This document shows positions 1 through 13,883 of a stretch of DNA of 23,634 nt, one piece after another. This DNA comes from Candidatus Methylomirabilia bacterium (lineage in GTDB: Bacteria; Methylomirabilota; Methylomirabilia; Rokubacteriales; CSP1-6), in contig JBGQHJ010000073.1 in assembly GCA_041497895.1 (NCBI GenBank), positions 1-23,634 of the forward strand, read 5' to 3'. Numbering within the stretch: position 1 is the first letter of the stretch; every line of letters begins with the position of its first letter. Below the pieces are notes generated by a model. That model did not search any database, was not told the origin of the DNA, and was given only the letters and a program-made list of their open reading frames with translations. The position numbers and the translations under genes were made by a program.

Positions 1-716
1 CGGTACCACGTCACCGCCACCGGGAAGTCGCCCAGGTCCTCGTGCAGCGAGCCCAGGTTGAACGCGGCCTGGCAGCAGGTGTCGTCGGCCTCGAGCGCGG
101 CCCGGTAGCACTCCCCCGCCCGCTCGTACTGCCCCATCCGGTGGTGCAGGAGCCCCAGGTTGTTCCACGCGGCCGCGTAGCCCGGATCCATGTCGAGCAC
201 GCGCTCGTAGGCGTCCACCGCGGACTCCCAGCGCTCCGGATCGCCGTCCCACTCCGACGCCCGCTGGAACCATACCTCGGCCGCGTCGGCGGGCGGGATG
301 AGGGGCCGCACCATGCCGGTCAGCAGCGACTCGCGCGTCTCGAGCTCGAGATCGCCGGCCGCGAAGTCGAGCAGGGTCTGCCCGGTGCCCGGATCGAGCC
401 GCAGGCGGTCCTGCTCGACGACCACCCGGCGATCGTGGAGCACGAGCCGCAGCTCGGCGAGCGGGGTCTGCACCTCCGGGACGAGCCGCCGCGCCCCGTC
501 CAGCGCGGCCCGCACCTGGCGCACGCTCGCCCCGCTCTCGAGGAGCTGGGCCGCGGCCCGCGCCGAGACCAGCTCGCGGAAGCGCAGGCCCCGCGGGTCG
601 TCGCGCAGGAGCCCGAGCCGGCGGAGCTGCGAGCGCCGCTTGGGGGACAGCCGCAGGAGCCGCGTCAGCTCGCGCAGCGAGAAGACCCGCTCGGGAGGAT
701 GACTAGTGCTTGAAAT
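1..716 (-). CDS. Putative MerR-like HTH + tetratricopeptide repeat (TPR) protein; runs off the window at its 3' end; start codon uncertain
   Basis: Hand translation of a minus frame open from 803 to the window edge gives [37 protein letters not shown]...[29 protein letters not shown]...[11 protein letters not shown]...[12 protein letters not shown]...[65 protein letters not shown]. The TPR consensus is clear (AWNNLG, AAFNLG, YxxAL). The HTH call is inferred from the helix pattern. The start is placed tentatively at ATT 716-714, and the first in-frame GTG is at 524. Confidence 0.8.
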   Translation of the reverse strand, partial: MSSTSHPPERVFSLRELTRLLRLSPKRRSQLRRLGLLRDDPRGLRFRELVSARAAAQLLESGASVRQVRAALDGARRLVPEVQTPLAELRLVLHDRRVVVEQDRLRLDPGTGQTLLDFAAGDLELETRESLLTGMVRPLIPPADAAEVWFQRASEWDGDPERWESAVDAYERVLDMDPGYAAAWNNLGLLHHRMGQYERAGECYRAALEADDTCCQAAFNLGSLHEDLGDFPVAVTWY

Positions 717-2283
717 GGCGGATCCCGCACACCACCATGGCCATGCCGTGCTCGTCCGCGGCCGCCACGACCTCCTCGTCGCGGAGCGAGCCGCCCGGGT
801 GGATCACCGCGGTGGCGCCGGCCTTGGCGACCACGTCGAGCCCGTCCCGGAACGGAAAGAACGCGTCGGAGGCGCACACCGAGCCCTTGGTCTCGAGCCC
901 GAGCTCTCGCGCGCGCATCACCGCGAGCCGCGCCGAGTCCACCCGGTTCATCTGGCCGGCCCCCACGCCCACCACCTGCTCCGCGGTGGCGAGCACGATG
1001 GCGTTGGACTTGGCGTGCTTGCCCACGCGCCACGCGAAGCGCAGGGCGGCGAGCTCCGCCGCGCTCGGCACCCGGCGCGAGACCACCTTGAGCGAGGCCT
1101 CGTCCAGGTCGACGAGGTCGGCGTCCTGGAGCAGCACGCCGCCCCACACGCTCCGCAGCTCCTGCTGCCGCGCCGGGTAGTCGCGGCGGGCGCACGGGAG
1201 CTGGAACACGCGGCACTTCTTCTTGGTCCGGCGGATCTCCTCGAGCGCGTCCGGCTCGTAGGCGGGCGCGAACAGGATCTCGAGCAGGATGCCGGAGAGC
1301 TCCTTCACCACCTCGAGGTCCACCGTCCGGTTGAGCCCCACGATGCCGCCGTAGATCGAGACCGGGTCGCAAGCCTTGGCGCGGCGGATCGCCTCCCCGG
1401 CGCCCTGGCCGAGGGCGACCCCGCACGGGTTGGTGTGCTTGATCACCACCGCGGCCGGCCCGTCGAACTCGAGCAGCAGGCCGAGCGCGGCCGACCAGTC
1501 GAGCAGGTTGTTGTAGGAGAGCTCCGGCCCGTGGAGCTGGCTGGCCGCGCTCAGGCCGAGCCCGCCCGCGGCCGGGCGGTAGAACGCCGCGGCCTGGTGC
1601 GGGTTCTCGCCGTAGCGGAGGGACTGCACCCGCACGCCCTCGAGCGCGAGGCGCTCCGGGAAGCCGCCCGCGGGCGCCGACCGCCCCGACGCGGCCGGGT
1701 CGCGGAGGTACGCCGCGATGGCCGCGTCGTACTGCGCGGTGCGCCGGAAAGCCTCCGCGGCCAGGCGGAAGCGCGTCTCGTCCGAGAGCGCGCCGTCCGA
1801 CTTCCGCAGCTCGTCGAGCACCGGGCCGTACTGGGCGGGATCGGTCACCACCGCGACGTGGGCGTGATTCTTGGCCGCTCCCCGGATCATGCCGGGGCCC
1901 CCGATGTCGATATTCTCGATGGCCTCCTCGAGCGTGACGCCGGCCTTCGCGACGGTCTGCTCGAACGGGTAGAGCGTCACCGCGACCAGGTCGATGGGCC
2001 GGATCCCGTGACGCTCGAGCGCGGCCATGTGCTCCGGGATCTCGCGCCGGGCCAGGAGGCCGCCGTGCACCTTGGGGTGGAGCGTCTTCACCCGCCCGTC
2101 GAGCATCTCGGGAAAGCCGGTGACCTCGGCCACGTCCACCACCGGGACGCCGGACTCGCGCAGCAGCCGGGCGGTGCCGCCGGTGGAGATGATCTCGGCG
2201 CCGAGCGCGGCCAGGCCGCGCGCGAACTCCACCACCCCGGTCTTGTCGTGCACGCTGATCAGAGCGCGTCCCAGTCGTGTCAT
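703..2283 (-). CDS. purH: Bifunctional AICAR transformylase/IMP cyclohydrolase
   Basis: Motifs [58 protein letters not shown] and C-terminal RHFKH. The start is re-called to ATG 2283 (MTRLG), which overlaps the purN stop as ATGA and has an upstream AGGGAG. Confidence 0.97.
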   Translation of the reverse strand: MTRLGRALISVHDKTGVVEFARGLAALGAEIISTGGTARLLRESGVPVVDVAEVTGFPEMLDGRVKTLHPKVHGGLLARREIPEHMAALERHGIRPIDLVAVTLYPFEQTVAKAGVTLEEAIENIDIGGPGMIRGAAKNHAHVAVVTDPAQYGPVLDELRKSDGALSDETRFRLAAEAFRRTAQYDAAIAAYLRDPAASGRSAPAGGFPERLALEGVRVQSLRYGENPHQAAAFYRPAAGGLGLSAASQLHGPELSYNNLLDWSAALGLLLEFDGPAAVVIKHTNPCGVALGQGAGEAIRRAKACDPVSIYGGIVGLNRTVDLEVVKELSGILLEILFAPAYEPDALEEIRRTKKKCRVFQLPCARRDYPARQQELRSVWGGVLLQDADLVDLDEASLKVVSRRVPSAAELAALRFAWRVGKHAKSNAIVLATAEQVVGVGAGQMNRVDSARLAVMRARELGLETKGSVCASDAFFPFRDGLDVVAKAGATAVIHPGGSLRDEEVVAAADEHGMAMVVCGIRHFKH

Positions 2284-2900
2284 GGTCTCTCCCTGATGTC
2301 CACCCGACGGCCGCGGATCTCGAGCCGCCCCTCCGCGAACAGGCGCACCGCCTCCGGGTAGATCCGGTGCTCCTCGACCAGGAGGCGCGCCGCGAGGCTC
2401 TCCTCGGTGTCTTCCGGCTCCACCGGCACCGTCGCCTGCAGCACCACCGGGCCGGTGTCGACCCCCTCGTCCACGAAATGGACGGTGGCGCCCGACACCC
2501 GCACCCCGTGGGCCAGGGCCTGCCGGTGCGGATGAAGACCCGGGAACGCGGGCAGCAGCGACGGGTGGATGTTGAGCAGCCGGCCCGCGAAGTGGGCGAC
2601 GAACCCCGCGCTCAGCAGGCGCATGTAGCCGGCCAGGCACACGAGGCCCACCCGGCGCTCGTCGAGCACTCCGATCACCGCCTTCTCGTGCGCCTCGCGC
2701 GACGGGTGCTGCCTCGGATCCACCACCACCGCCTCGATGCGGTGCTCGCGGGCCACCGCCAGCGCGGGCGCGCCGGCCCGGTCGGTGACCAGCACCACCA
2801 CCGAGGCCGGGATGCGACCGGAGGCGGCCGCCTCCGCGAGGGCGCGGAAGTTCGAGCCGCGCCCGGAGGCGAGCACGCCGACCCGCAGCGGCTCAGGCAT
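2280..2900 (-). CDS. purN: Phosphoribosylglycinamide formyltransferase
   Basis: Motifs VLASGRGSNF, LAGYMRLL, LNIHPSLLPAFPG and GATVHFVDEGVDTGP. Overlaps the purM end by 8 nt. Confidence 0.97.
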   Translation of the reverse strand: MPEPLRVGVLASGRGSNFRALAEAAASGRIPASVVVLVTDRAGAPALAVAREHRIEAVVVDPRQHPSREAHEKAVIGVLDERRVGLVCLAGYMRLLSAGFVAHFAGRLLNIHPSLLPAFPGLHPHRQALAHGVRVSGATVHFVDEGVDTGPVVLQATVPVEPEDTEESLAARLLVEEHRIYPEAVRLFAEGRLEIRGRRVDIRERP

Positions 2901-3921
2901 AGTCCACCCCCGGGTCCCCCACGACGATCTCGCCCACGTCGAACACGCGCTCCCCCGCGGCCTGCAGCCGCTGGGTCGCGGCGGCCACGTCGTCGGCCGC
3001 GACGACCAGGAGGAAGCCCAGGCCCATGTTGAAGGTCCGCCGCATCTCCGCGTCGTCGACCGAGGCCGCGCGCTGGATGGCCGGGAAGATCGCCGGCACC
3101 GGCCAGGCCGACACGGTGATGCGGGCGCGCCGGCCCGCCGGCAGCACGCGCGGGAGGTTCTCGGTGATGCCGCCGCCGGTGACGTGGGCCATCGCCTTCA
3201 CGGTCACCTCGCGCAGCAGGCCCAGCACCGGGCGCACGTAGATGCGGGTGGGCTCGAGCAACTCGTCGACCACCGGCCGCCCCACTCCCGGGATAGGATC
3301 GTTGAGCTTGAGCCCCATGCGGCCGAAGATGGCCTCTCGCGCGAGTGTGTAGCCGTTCGAGTGCAGGCCCGAGGAGGCGAGCCCGAGCACCCGATCGCCG
3401 ACCGCCACGTCGGCCCCGGTGATGAGCAGGCTCTGCTCGGCCACCCCCACCGCGAAGCCGGCCAGGTCGTAGTCTCCGGGGGCGTAGAAGGCGCTCATCT
3501 CCGCGGTCTCCCCGCCCACCAGGGCGCAGCCCGCCTGGAGACAGCCCGCCGCGATCCCGCTGACGATGGCCTCGATCCGGTCGGGCTCGACCCGGTGCAC
3601 CGCCAGGTAGTCGAGGAAGAAGAGCGGCTCGGCGCCGTGCACGAGCAGGTCGTTGACGCCCATCGCGACCAGGTCGAGGCCCACCGTGTCGTGACGGTCG
3701 GCCATGATCGCGATCCGGAGCTTGGTGCCGACGCCGTCGGTGGAGGACACCAGGACCGGCTCGCGATAGCCGGCCGGGACCTTGCAGAAGGCGGCGAAGG
3801 CCCCGATGCCGCCCAGCACCTCCGGCCGGCGGGTGGACGCGGCCAGCGGCGCGATGCGGCGCACGGCGAGGTCGCCGGCCTGGATGTCCACGCCGGCCGC
3901 CCGATACGTCAGCGGATCCAT
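2893..3921 (-). CDS. purM: Phosphoribosylformylglycinamidine cyclo-ligase (AIR synthetase)
   Basis: Motifs TYRAAGVDI, STDGVGTK, LVGGETAEM, SSGLHSNGY, HVTGGG and FNMGLG. The start is re-called to ATG 3921, 5 nt after the purF stop. The 802-aa ORF in the track is an upstream extension overlapping purF. Confidence 0.96.
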   Translation of the reverse strand: MDPLTYRAAGVDIQAGDLAVRRIAPLAASTRRPEVLGGIGAFAAFCKVPAGYREPVLVSSTDGVGTKLRIAIMADRHDTVGLDLVAMGVNDLLVHGAEPLFFLDYLAVHRVEPDRIEAIVSGIAAGCLQAGCALVGGETAEMSAFYAPGDYDLAGFAVGVAEQSLLITGADVAVGDRVLGLASSGLHSNGYTLAREAIFGRMGLKLNDPIPGVGRPVVDELLEPTRIYVRPVLGLLREVTVKAMAHVTGGGITENLPRVLPAGRRARITVSAWPVPAIFPAIQRAASVDDAEMRRTFNMGLGFLLVVAADDVAAATQRLQAAGERVFDVGEIVVGDPGVDYA

Positions 3922-3926
3922 ACCCC

Positions 3927-7569
<3,643 letters not shown>

Positions 7570-7597
7570 CCCGCCCCCACCCCGTTCGCACGGTGGC

Positions 7598-8311
7598 CTA
7601 CCGCTTGAGGAATGAGCCGTCTTCGACGAGGGTGCCGAGAATCGAGTGGAAGATCAGCGTACCGTCCGTGCCCCCCACCGCCGACTCGGCGGCCCGCTCC
7701 GGGTGCGGCATCAGGCCCAGGACGGTGCCCTCCTCGTTGATCACTCCCGCGATGTTGTCGATCGAGCCGTTGGGGTTGGCTTCCTTCACCACGCGGCCGT
7801 TCTCGGTGCAGTAGCGGAAGACGATCTGGTTCTTGGCCTTGAGGGAGCGGATCGTGTCGGGGTCGGCGTGATACTTCCCCTCGCCGTGCGAGATGGGCAT
7901 CTTGAGCACCTGCCCGGGGCGCATCGCGCGGGTGAAGGCGGTGTCCGCGTTCTCGACGATCAGGTGGGTCGACTGGCAGCGGTACTGCAGGCACTCGTTG
8001 CGCATCAGGGCCCCGGGGAGGAGCCGGGCCTCGCAGAGGATCTGGAAGCCGTTGCACGACCCGAGCACGAGGCCGCCGCGGGCGGTGAACTCGGGGAGGG
8101 CCTCGACCACCGGAGAGCGCCCCGCCACCGCGCCGGCCCGGAGGTAGTCGCCGTAGGAGAACCCGCCGGGGAGGATCAGGCAGTCGAAGTCGGCGAGGTT
8201 GGTGTCCCGGTGCCAGACGTAGCGTACCGGCTGGTGCAGCACCTCGCCGATGACGTAGTGAAAGTCGCAGTCACTCCACGTGCCCGGGAAGACCACCACG
8301 CCAAAGTTCAT
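7598..8311 (-). CDS. purQ: FGAM synthase glutaminase subunit PurQ
   Basis: Motifs [24 protein letters not shown] (catalytic Cys), HGEG, NPNGS and [13 protein letters not shown] lies upstream with a 13-nt spacer. Confidence 0.97.
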   Translation of the reverse strand: MNFGVVVFPGTWSDCDFHYVIGEVLHQPVRYVWHRDTNLADFDCLILPGGFSYGDYLRAGAVAGRSPVVEALPEFTARGGLVLGSCNGFQILCEARLLPGALMRNECLQYRCQSTHLIVENADTAFTRAMRPGQVLKMPISHGEGKYHADPDTIRSLKAKNQIVFRYCTENGRVVKEANPNGSIDNIAGVINEEGTVLGLMPHPERAAESAVGGTDGTLIFHSILGTLVEDGSFLKR

Positions 8312-8348
8312 GGGACCGTGTGTTCCTCCTTGTGATTGCTACCCCGTC

Positions 8349-8377
8349 ACTCTAACCCGCCGTCCACGATCTGACAA
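8349..8377 (-). promoter_or_regulatory. Putative sigma70-type internal promoter upstream of purQ
   Basis: The minus strand reads TTGTCA (8377-8372), 17 nt, TAGAGT (8354-8349) within the 102-nt purS-purQ gap. Confidence 0.75.
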
Positions 8378-8413
8378 GAGCCTCGGCGCGCGGAATCGTG
8401 CGTGAGCGCCCCG

Positions 8414-8665
8414 TTAGCGACCGTCGCCGAGCATTTCGACCGTGAAATCCTCGATCACCGGGTTGCAGAGGAGGCGCGCACACATTTCGTCGACCCGGCG
8501 GCGGGCCTCGTCGGGGCCGAGACCGTCGAGCTCAACGTCCACCACCTTGCCAACGCGCACGTCCTGCACCTCCTCGAAGCCCAGGCCGGCCAGCGCCCGC
8601 TTCACGGTGGCGCCCTGGGCGTCAAGGATGGACGGCTTGAGGCGGACGAGGACGCGGGCCTTCAC
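8414..8665 (-). CDS. purS: FGAM synthase subunit PurS
   Basis: C-terminal 83 aa of the track ORF 8414..10750: (M)KARVLVRLKPSILDAQGATVKRALAGLGF...VRVGK...MCARLLCNPVIEDF. The GTG at 8665 overlaps the purB stop as GTGA. Confidence 0.95.
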   Translation of the reverse strand: MKARVLVRLKPSILDAQGATVKRALAGLGFEEVQDVRVGKVVDVELDGLGPDEARRRVDEMCARLLCNPVIEDFTVEMLGDGR

Positions 8666-9960
8666 GCCGGGAGCCCGATGCGCCGGTAGATCGCGGCCAC
8701 GTTGCGCAGGTACCACTCGGGGTCGAAGCACTCGTCGAGCTCCGGCCGGGTCAGATGGGCCATCACCTCGGGATCGGCGGCCAAAAGGTCCCGGAAGGCG
8801 GTGCGCTCTCGCCACGCGGTCATGGCGTTGCGCTGGACCATCTCGTAGGCCTTCTGTCGGGCGAGGCCCTTGTCGGTGAGCTTGAGGAGCACCCGCTGGG
8901 AGAAGAGCAGGCCGAAGCTCCGCTCCATGTTCTCCCGCATCCGCTCCGGGTAGACCTGGAGGCCCTCGACGATGCGCGTCATCTGGTGGAGCATGTAGTC
9001 CACCAGGCACGTGGAGTCCGGCAGGATGACGCGCTCGACCGAGGAGTGGCTGATGTCCCGCTCGTGCCACAGGGCCACGTTCTCGAGCGCGGCGAGTGCG
9101 TTGGTACGGACCAGCCGGGCCAGGCCGCACACCTGCTCGCAGGAGACCGGGTTGCGCTTGTGGGGCATCGCGCTCGAGCCCTTCTGCCCCGCGGTGAAGG
9201 GCTCCTCCGCCTCGAGCACCTCGGTGCGCTGGAGCGAGCGGATCTCGGTGGCCACCTTCTCGAGCGACGCGGCCGCGATGGCCAGGGCGGTCGAGAACTC
9301 GGCGTGGCGGTCCCGCTGCACGATCTGGTTCGAGATGGGCGCGGCCTCGAGCCCGAGGAGGCGGCAGGCCTCCTCCTCGACGTCGGGATCCACGTGGGCG
9401 AAGGTGCCCACCGCGCCCGAGAGCTTCCCCACCCGCACCGTCTCGCGCGCCCGCCGCAGCCGCTCGAGGTTGCGCCCGGCCTCGCTGTACCAGAGGGCGG
9501 CCTTGAGGCCGAAGACCATCGGCTCGGCGTGGATGCCGTGGGTGCGCCCGACGCAGAGGGTGTCCCGGTGGCGGAGCGCCAGCGCCCGGAGCGCGGCCCG
9601 GAAGCGCTCGAGGCCCGCGATCAGCAGCTCGGAGGCCTGCTGCAGCTGGAGCGCCAGCGCGGTGTCCACCACGTCCGAGGAGGTGAGCCCCATGTGGACG
9701 TAGCGGGAGTCCGCTCCCAGCGCCTCCTCGAGGTTGGTCAGGAACGCGATGACGTCGTGCCGGGTGGTGGCCTCGATCAGGTCGATGCGCTCGGCCGAGA
9801 CCTCGGCGCGGGCCTTGATCCGCCCCAGCGCGTCGACCGGGATCAGGCCGCGGCGCGCGTAGACCTCGCACACCGCCAGCTCCACCCGGAGCCAGGCCTC
9901 GTACTTGGCGTCCTGGGTCCAGATCCGCGCCATCTCGGGGCGCGCATAGCGGGAGATCAC
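8662..9960 (-). CDS. purB: Adenylosuccinate lyase
   Basis: Motifs MISRY, TRHDVIAF, HMGLTSSD, GRTHGIHAEP, the signature GSSAMPHKRNP and LWHERDISHSSVER. GTG start with AGGAGG. Confidence 0.97.
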   Translation of the reverse strand: MISRYARPEMARIWTQDAKYEAWLRVELAVCEVYARRGLIPVDALGRIKARAEVSAERIDLIEATTRHDVIAFLTNLEEALGADSRYVHMGLTSSDVVDTALALQLQQASELLIAGLERFRAALRALALRHRDTLCVGRTHGIHAEPMVFGLKAALWYSEAGRNLERLRRARETVRVGKLSGAVGTFAHVDPDVEEEACRLLGLEAAPISNQIVQRDRHAEFSTALAIAAASLEKVATEIRSLQRTEVLEAEEPFTAGQKGSSAMPHKRNPVSCEQVCGLARLVRTNALAALENVALWHERDISHSSVERVILPDSTCLVDYMLHQMTRIVEGLQVYPERMRENMERSFGLLFSQRVLLKLTDKGLARQKAYEMVQRNAMTAWRERTAFRDLLAADPEVMAHLTRPELDECFDPEWYLRNVAAIYRRIGLPA

Positions 9961-9969
9961 GGAAGCCTC

Positions 9970-11228
9970 CTAGGCGCGGAGCAGGCCCCGGGGGAAGTTC
10001 CGGCGGCTGACCGCCCCCAGGGTCATGAGCGAGAGCTGCTCCTCGTCGAGCACGCGGTGGATCAGGGCGTCCACGTCCTCCATCCGGACCGCGTCGATGG
10101 CGGCGAGCATCTCGTCCATGGACATGAACGAGCCGAACCGCATCTCGTGCCGGGCCAGCCGGTTCATCCGGGAAGACGTCGACTCGAGCGACAGCATCAG
10201 GCTGCCCTTCAGATGGTCCTTGGACCGCCTGAGCTCCTCGGCGGTGACCCCGTCCTTCTTCAGGCTGCGGATCTCCTTCATCAGCGCGTGCATGACCTTG
10301 CCGAAGTTGGCCGGATCGGTGCCCGCGTAGACGTAGAAGAGCCCGGTGTCCCGGTAGGCCTGCTGCCCCGAGTGCACCGAGTAGACCAGGGCCTGCCGCT
10401 CGCGGATCTCCTGGAAGAGCCGGGAGGACATGCTGCCCCCCAGGATGTCGTTCAGCAGGTAGAGCGCGTGGCGGTCGGGCGCCGCGTCCGACACCCCGGG
10501 GAGCCCCATCACGAGGTGGACCTGCTCGAGCGGCTTCTGCACGGTGTGGACGCCGGGGTGGATCGCGGGCGGGGTGAGCCCGTGCGGCTCGGCCGGCCGA
10601 TCCCAGCCCTCGAAGCCGGCCGCGAAGAGGTCGGCCACCTGCTCGTGGGAGGCGTTGCCGGCCACCGCGACCACGATGCGGGTCGGGACGTACTCGCGCT
10701 CGAAGTAGCCCAGCACGGTGCCCCGGTCGAAGCCCTTCACCACGTCCCACCGGCCGAGGATCGGACGCCCGAGCGGGTGATCCGCCCAGACCCGCTCCGC
10801 GAACAGGTCGTGGATGAGGTCGTCCGGGGTGTCCTCCACCATCTTGATCTCCTGGAGGACCACCGCCTTTTCCTTCTCGATGTCGCCCGCCGCGAACAGC
10901 GGGTGCCGCAGGATGTCGGTGAGCAGCTCCACCGCGAGCGGCAGGTGCTCGTCGAGCACGCTCACGTAGAAGCAGGTGTGCTCCTTGGCGGTGAACGCGT
11001 CCATGTGCCCGCCCACCGAGTCGATCGCTCGGGCGATCTCCTCCGCGGAGCGTGACGCGGTCCCCTTGAAGACTAGGTGCTCGATCAGGTGGGAGATGCC
11101 GCCGAGCGCCTCGGGCTCCGCCCGCGAGCCCGTCTCCACCCAGATCCCGACCGCCACCGAGCGCACGTGCGACATCGTCTCGGTGACGAGGCGGATGCCG
11201 TTGGGCAGCGCGCTCTTGCGATAGGGCA

Positions 11229-11229
<1 letters not shown>
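9970..11229 (-). CDS. M16 family (pitrilysin/insulinase-like) zinc metallopeptidase
   Basis: Inverted zinc motif HLIEHLVFKGT (HxxEH) and LGGSMSSRLFQEIRE..LVYSV. It lies directly after pnp, as is common in bacteria. The GTG start overlaps the pnp stop (TAGTG). Confidence 0.93.
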
Positions 11230-13370
<2,141 letters not shown>

Positions 13371-13472
13371 ACGGTCAGCGTCCTCCAGCTTGGGTAGGTG
13401 CGACTTCCAGAGGGGCCCGGCCGGGCCCGGCGAATGGGATGTCGATCTTGTTGGGCCAATCGGAATCCGCGG

Positions 13473-13742
13473 TCACTTGCGAATTCCGAGCTTTTCCGCG
13501 ACGGCTCGGTAGCGTTCCGTGTCCTTCTTCCGCAGGTACTCGAGCAGGCCCCGGCGCTTGCCGATCAGCATCAGGAGACCGCGGCGGGAGTGGTGGTCCT
13601 TCTGGTGCAGCTTGAAGTGGTCGGTGAGCCCGTTGATCCGCTCGGAGAGGAGCGCGATCTGCACCTCGGGCGAGCCGGTGTCGCCCTCGTGCACCTTGAA
13701 CTGCTCGATCAGGCTCTTCTTCTTGTCCTGGGACACCCGCAT
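13473..13742 (-). CDS. rpsO: 30S ribosomal protein S15
   Basis: 89 aa with [24 protein letters not shown] and [15 protein letters not shown] lies upstream. Confidence 0.98.
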   Translation of the reverse strand: MRVSQDKKKSLIEQFKVHEGDTGSPEVQIALLSERINGLTDHFKLHQKDHHSRRGLLMLIGKRRGLLEYLRKKDTERYRAVAEKLGIRK

Positions 13743-13849
13743 ACGGAGATCCTCCCGGGGGTTCCCCCCCCAATCGCCACGTCCCCAGGGCCCCCGCTGC
13801 GGCTCCGTCGGGACGGGTTCGTGAACCGCTCAAACCCGCGTCAAGACAG
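13743..13849 (-). promoter_or_regulatory. Structured 5' leader of rpsO; candidate S15 autoregulatory element
   Basis: Complementary segments found by eye (mRNA sense): CGGGTTTG/CGAACCCG hairpin (13838-13814), ACGGAG (13808-13803)/CTCCGT (13748-13743), CCGC/GTGG and GGGGG-GAA-CCCCC. Function is inferred from the known autoregulation of rpsO. Confidence 0.5.
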
Positions 13850-13854
13850 AGCGG

Positions 13855-13883
13855 AGTGTATCACGCGCCCCTCGGCCTTTCAA
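13855..13883 (-). promoter_or_regulatory. Putative sigma70 promoter for rpsO-pnp (extended -10)
   Basis: The minus strand reads TTGAAA (13883-13878, overlapping the ribF stop), a 17-nt spacer ending in TGA, then TACACT (13860-13855). Confidence 0.8.

Noticed and set aside
8312..8348. Purine, ZTP or PRPP riboswitch ahead of purQ
   Set aside because: The predicted leader is only about 30 nt and has no recognisable aptamer or terminator.
13764..13771. G8 homopolymer (mRNA sense) in the rpsO leader as a phase-variation tract
   Set aside because: It is non-coding, lies outside the promoter spacer, precedes a core ribosomal gene, and is better explained as a stem arm pairing with the adjacent CCCCC.
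13839..13844. TTGACG on the minus strand as a second -35 for rpsO
   Set aside because: There is no acceptable -10 hexamer 16-18 nt downstream.
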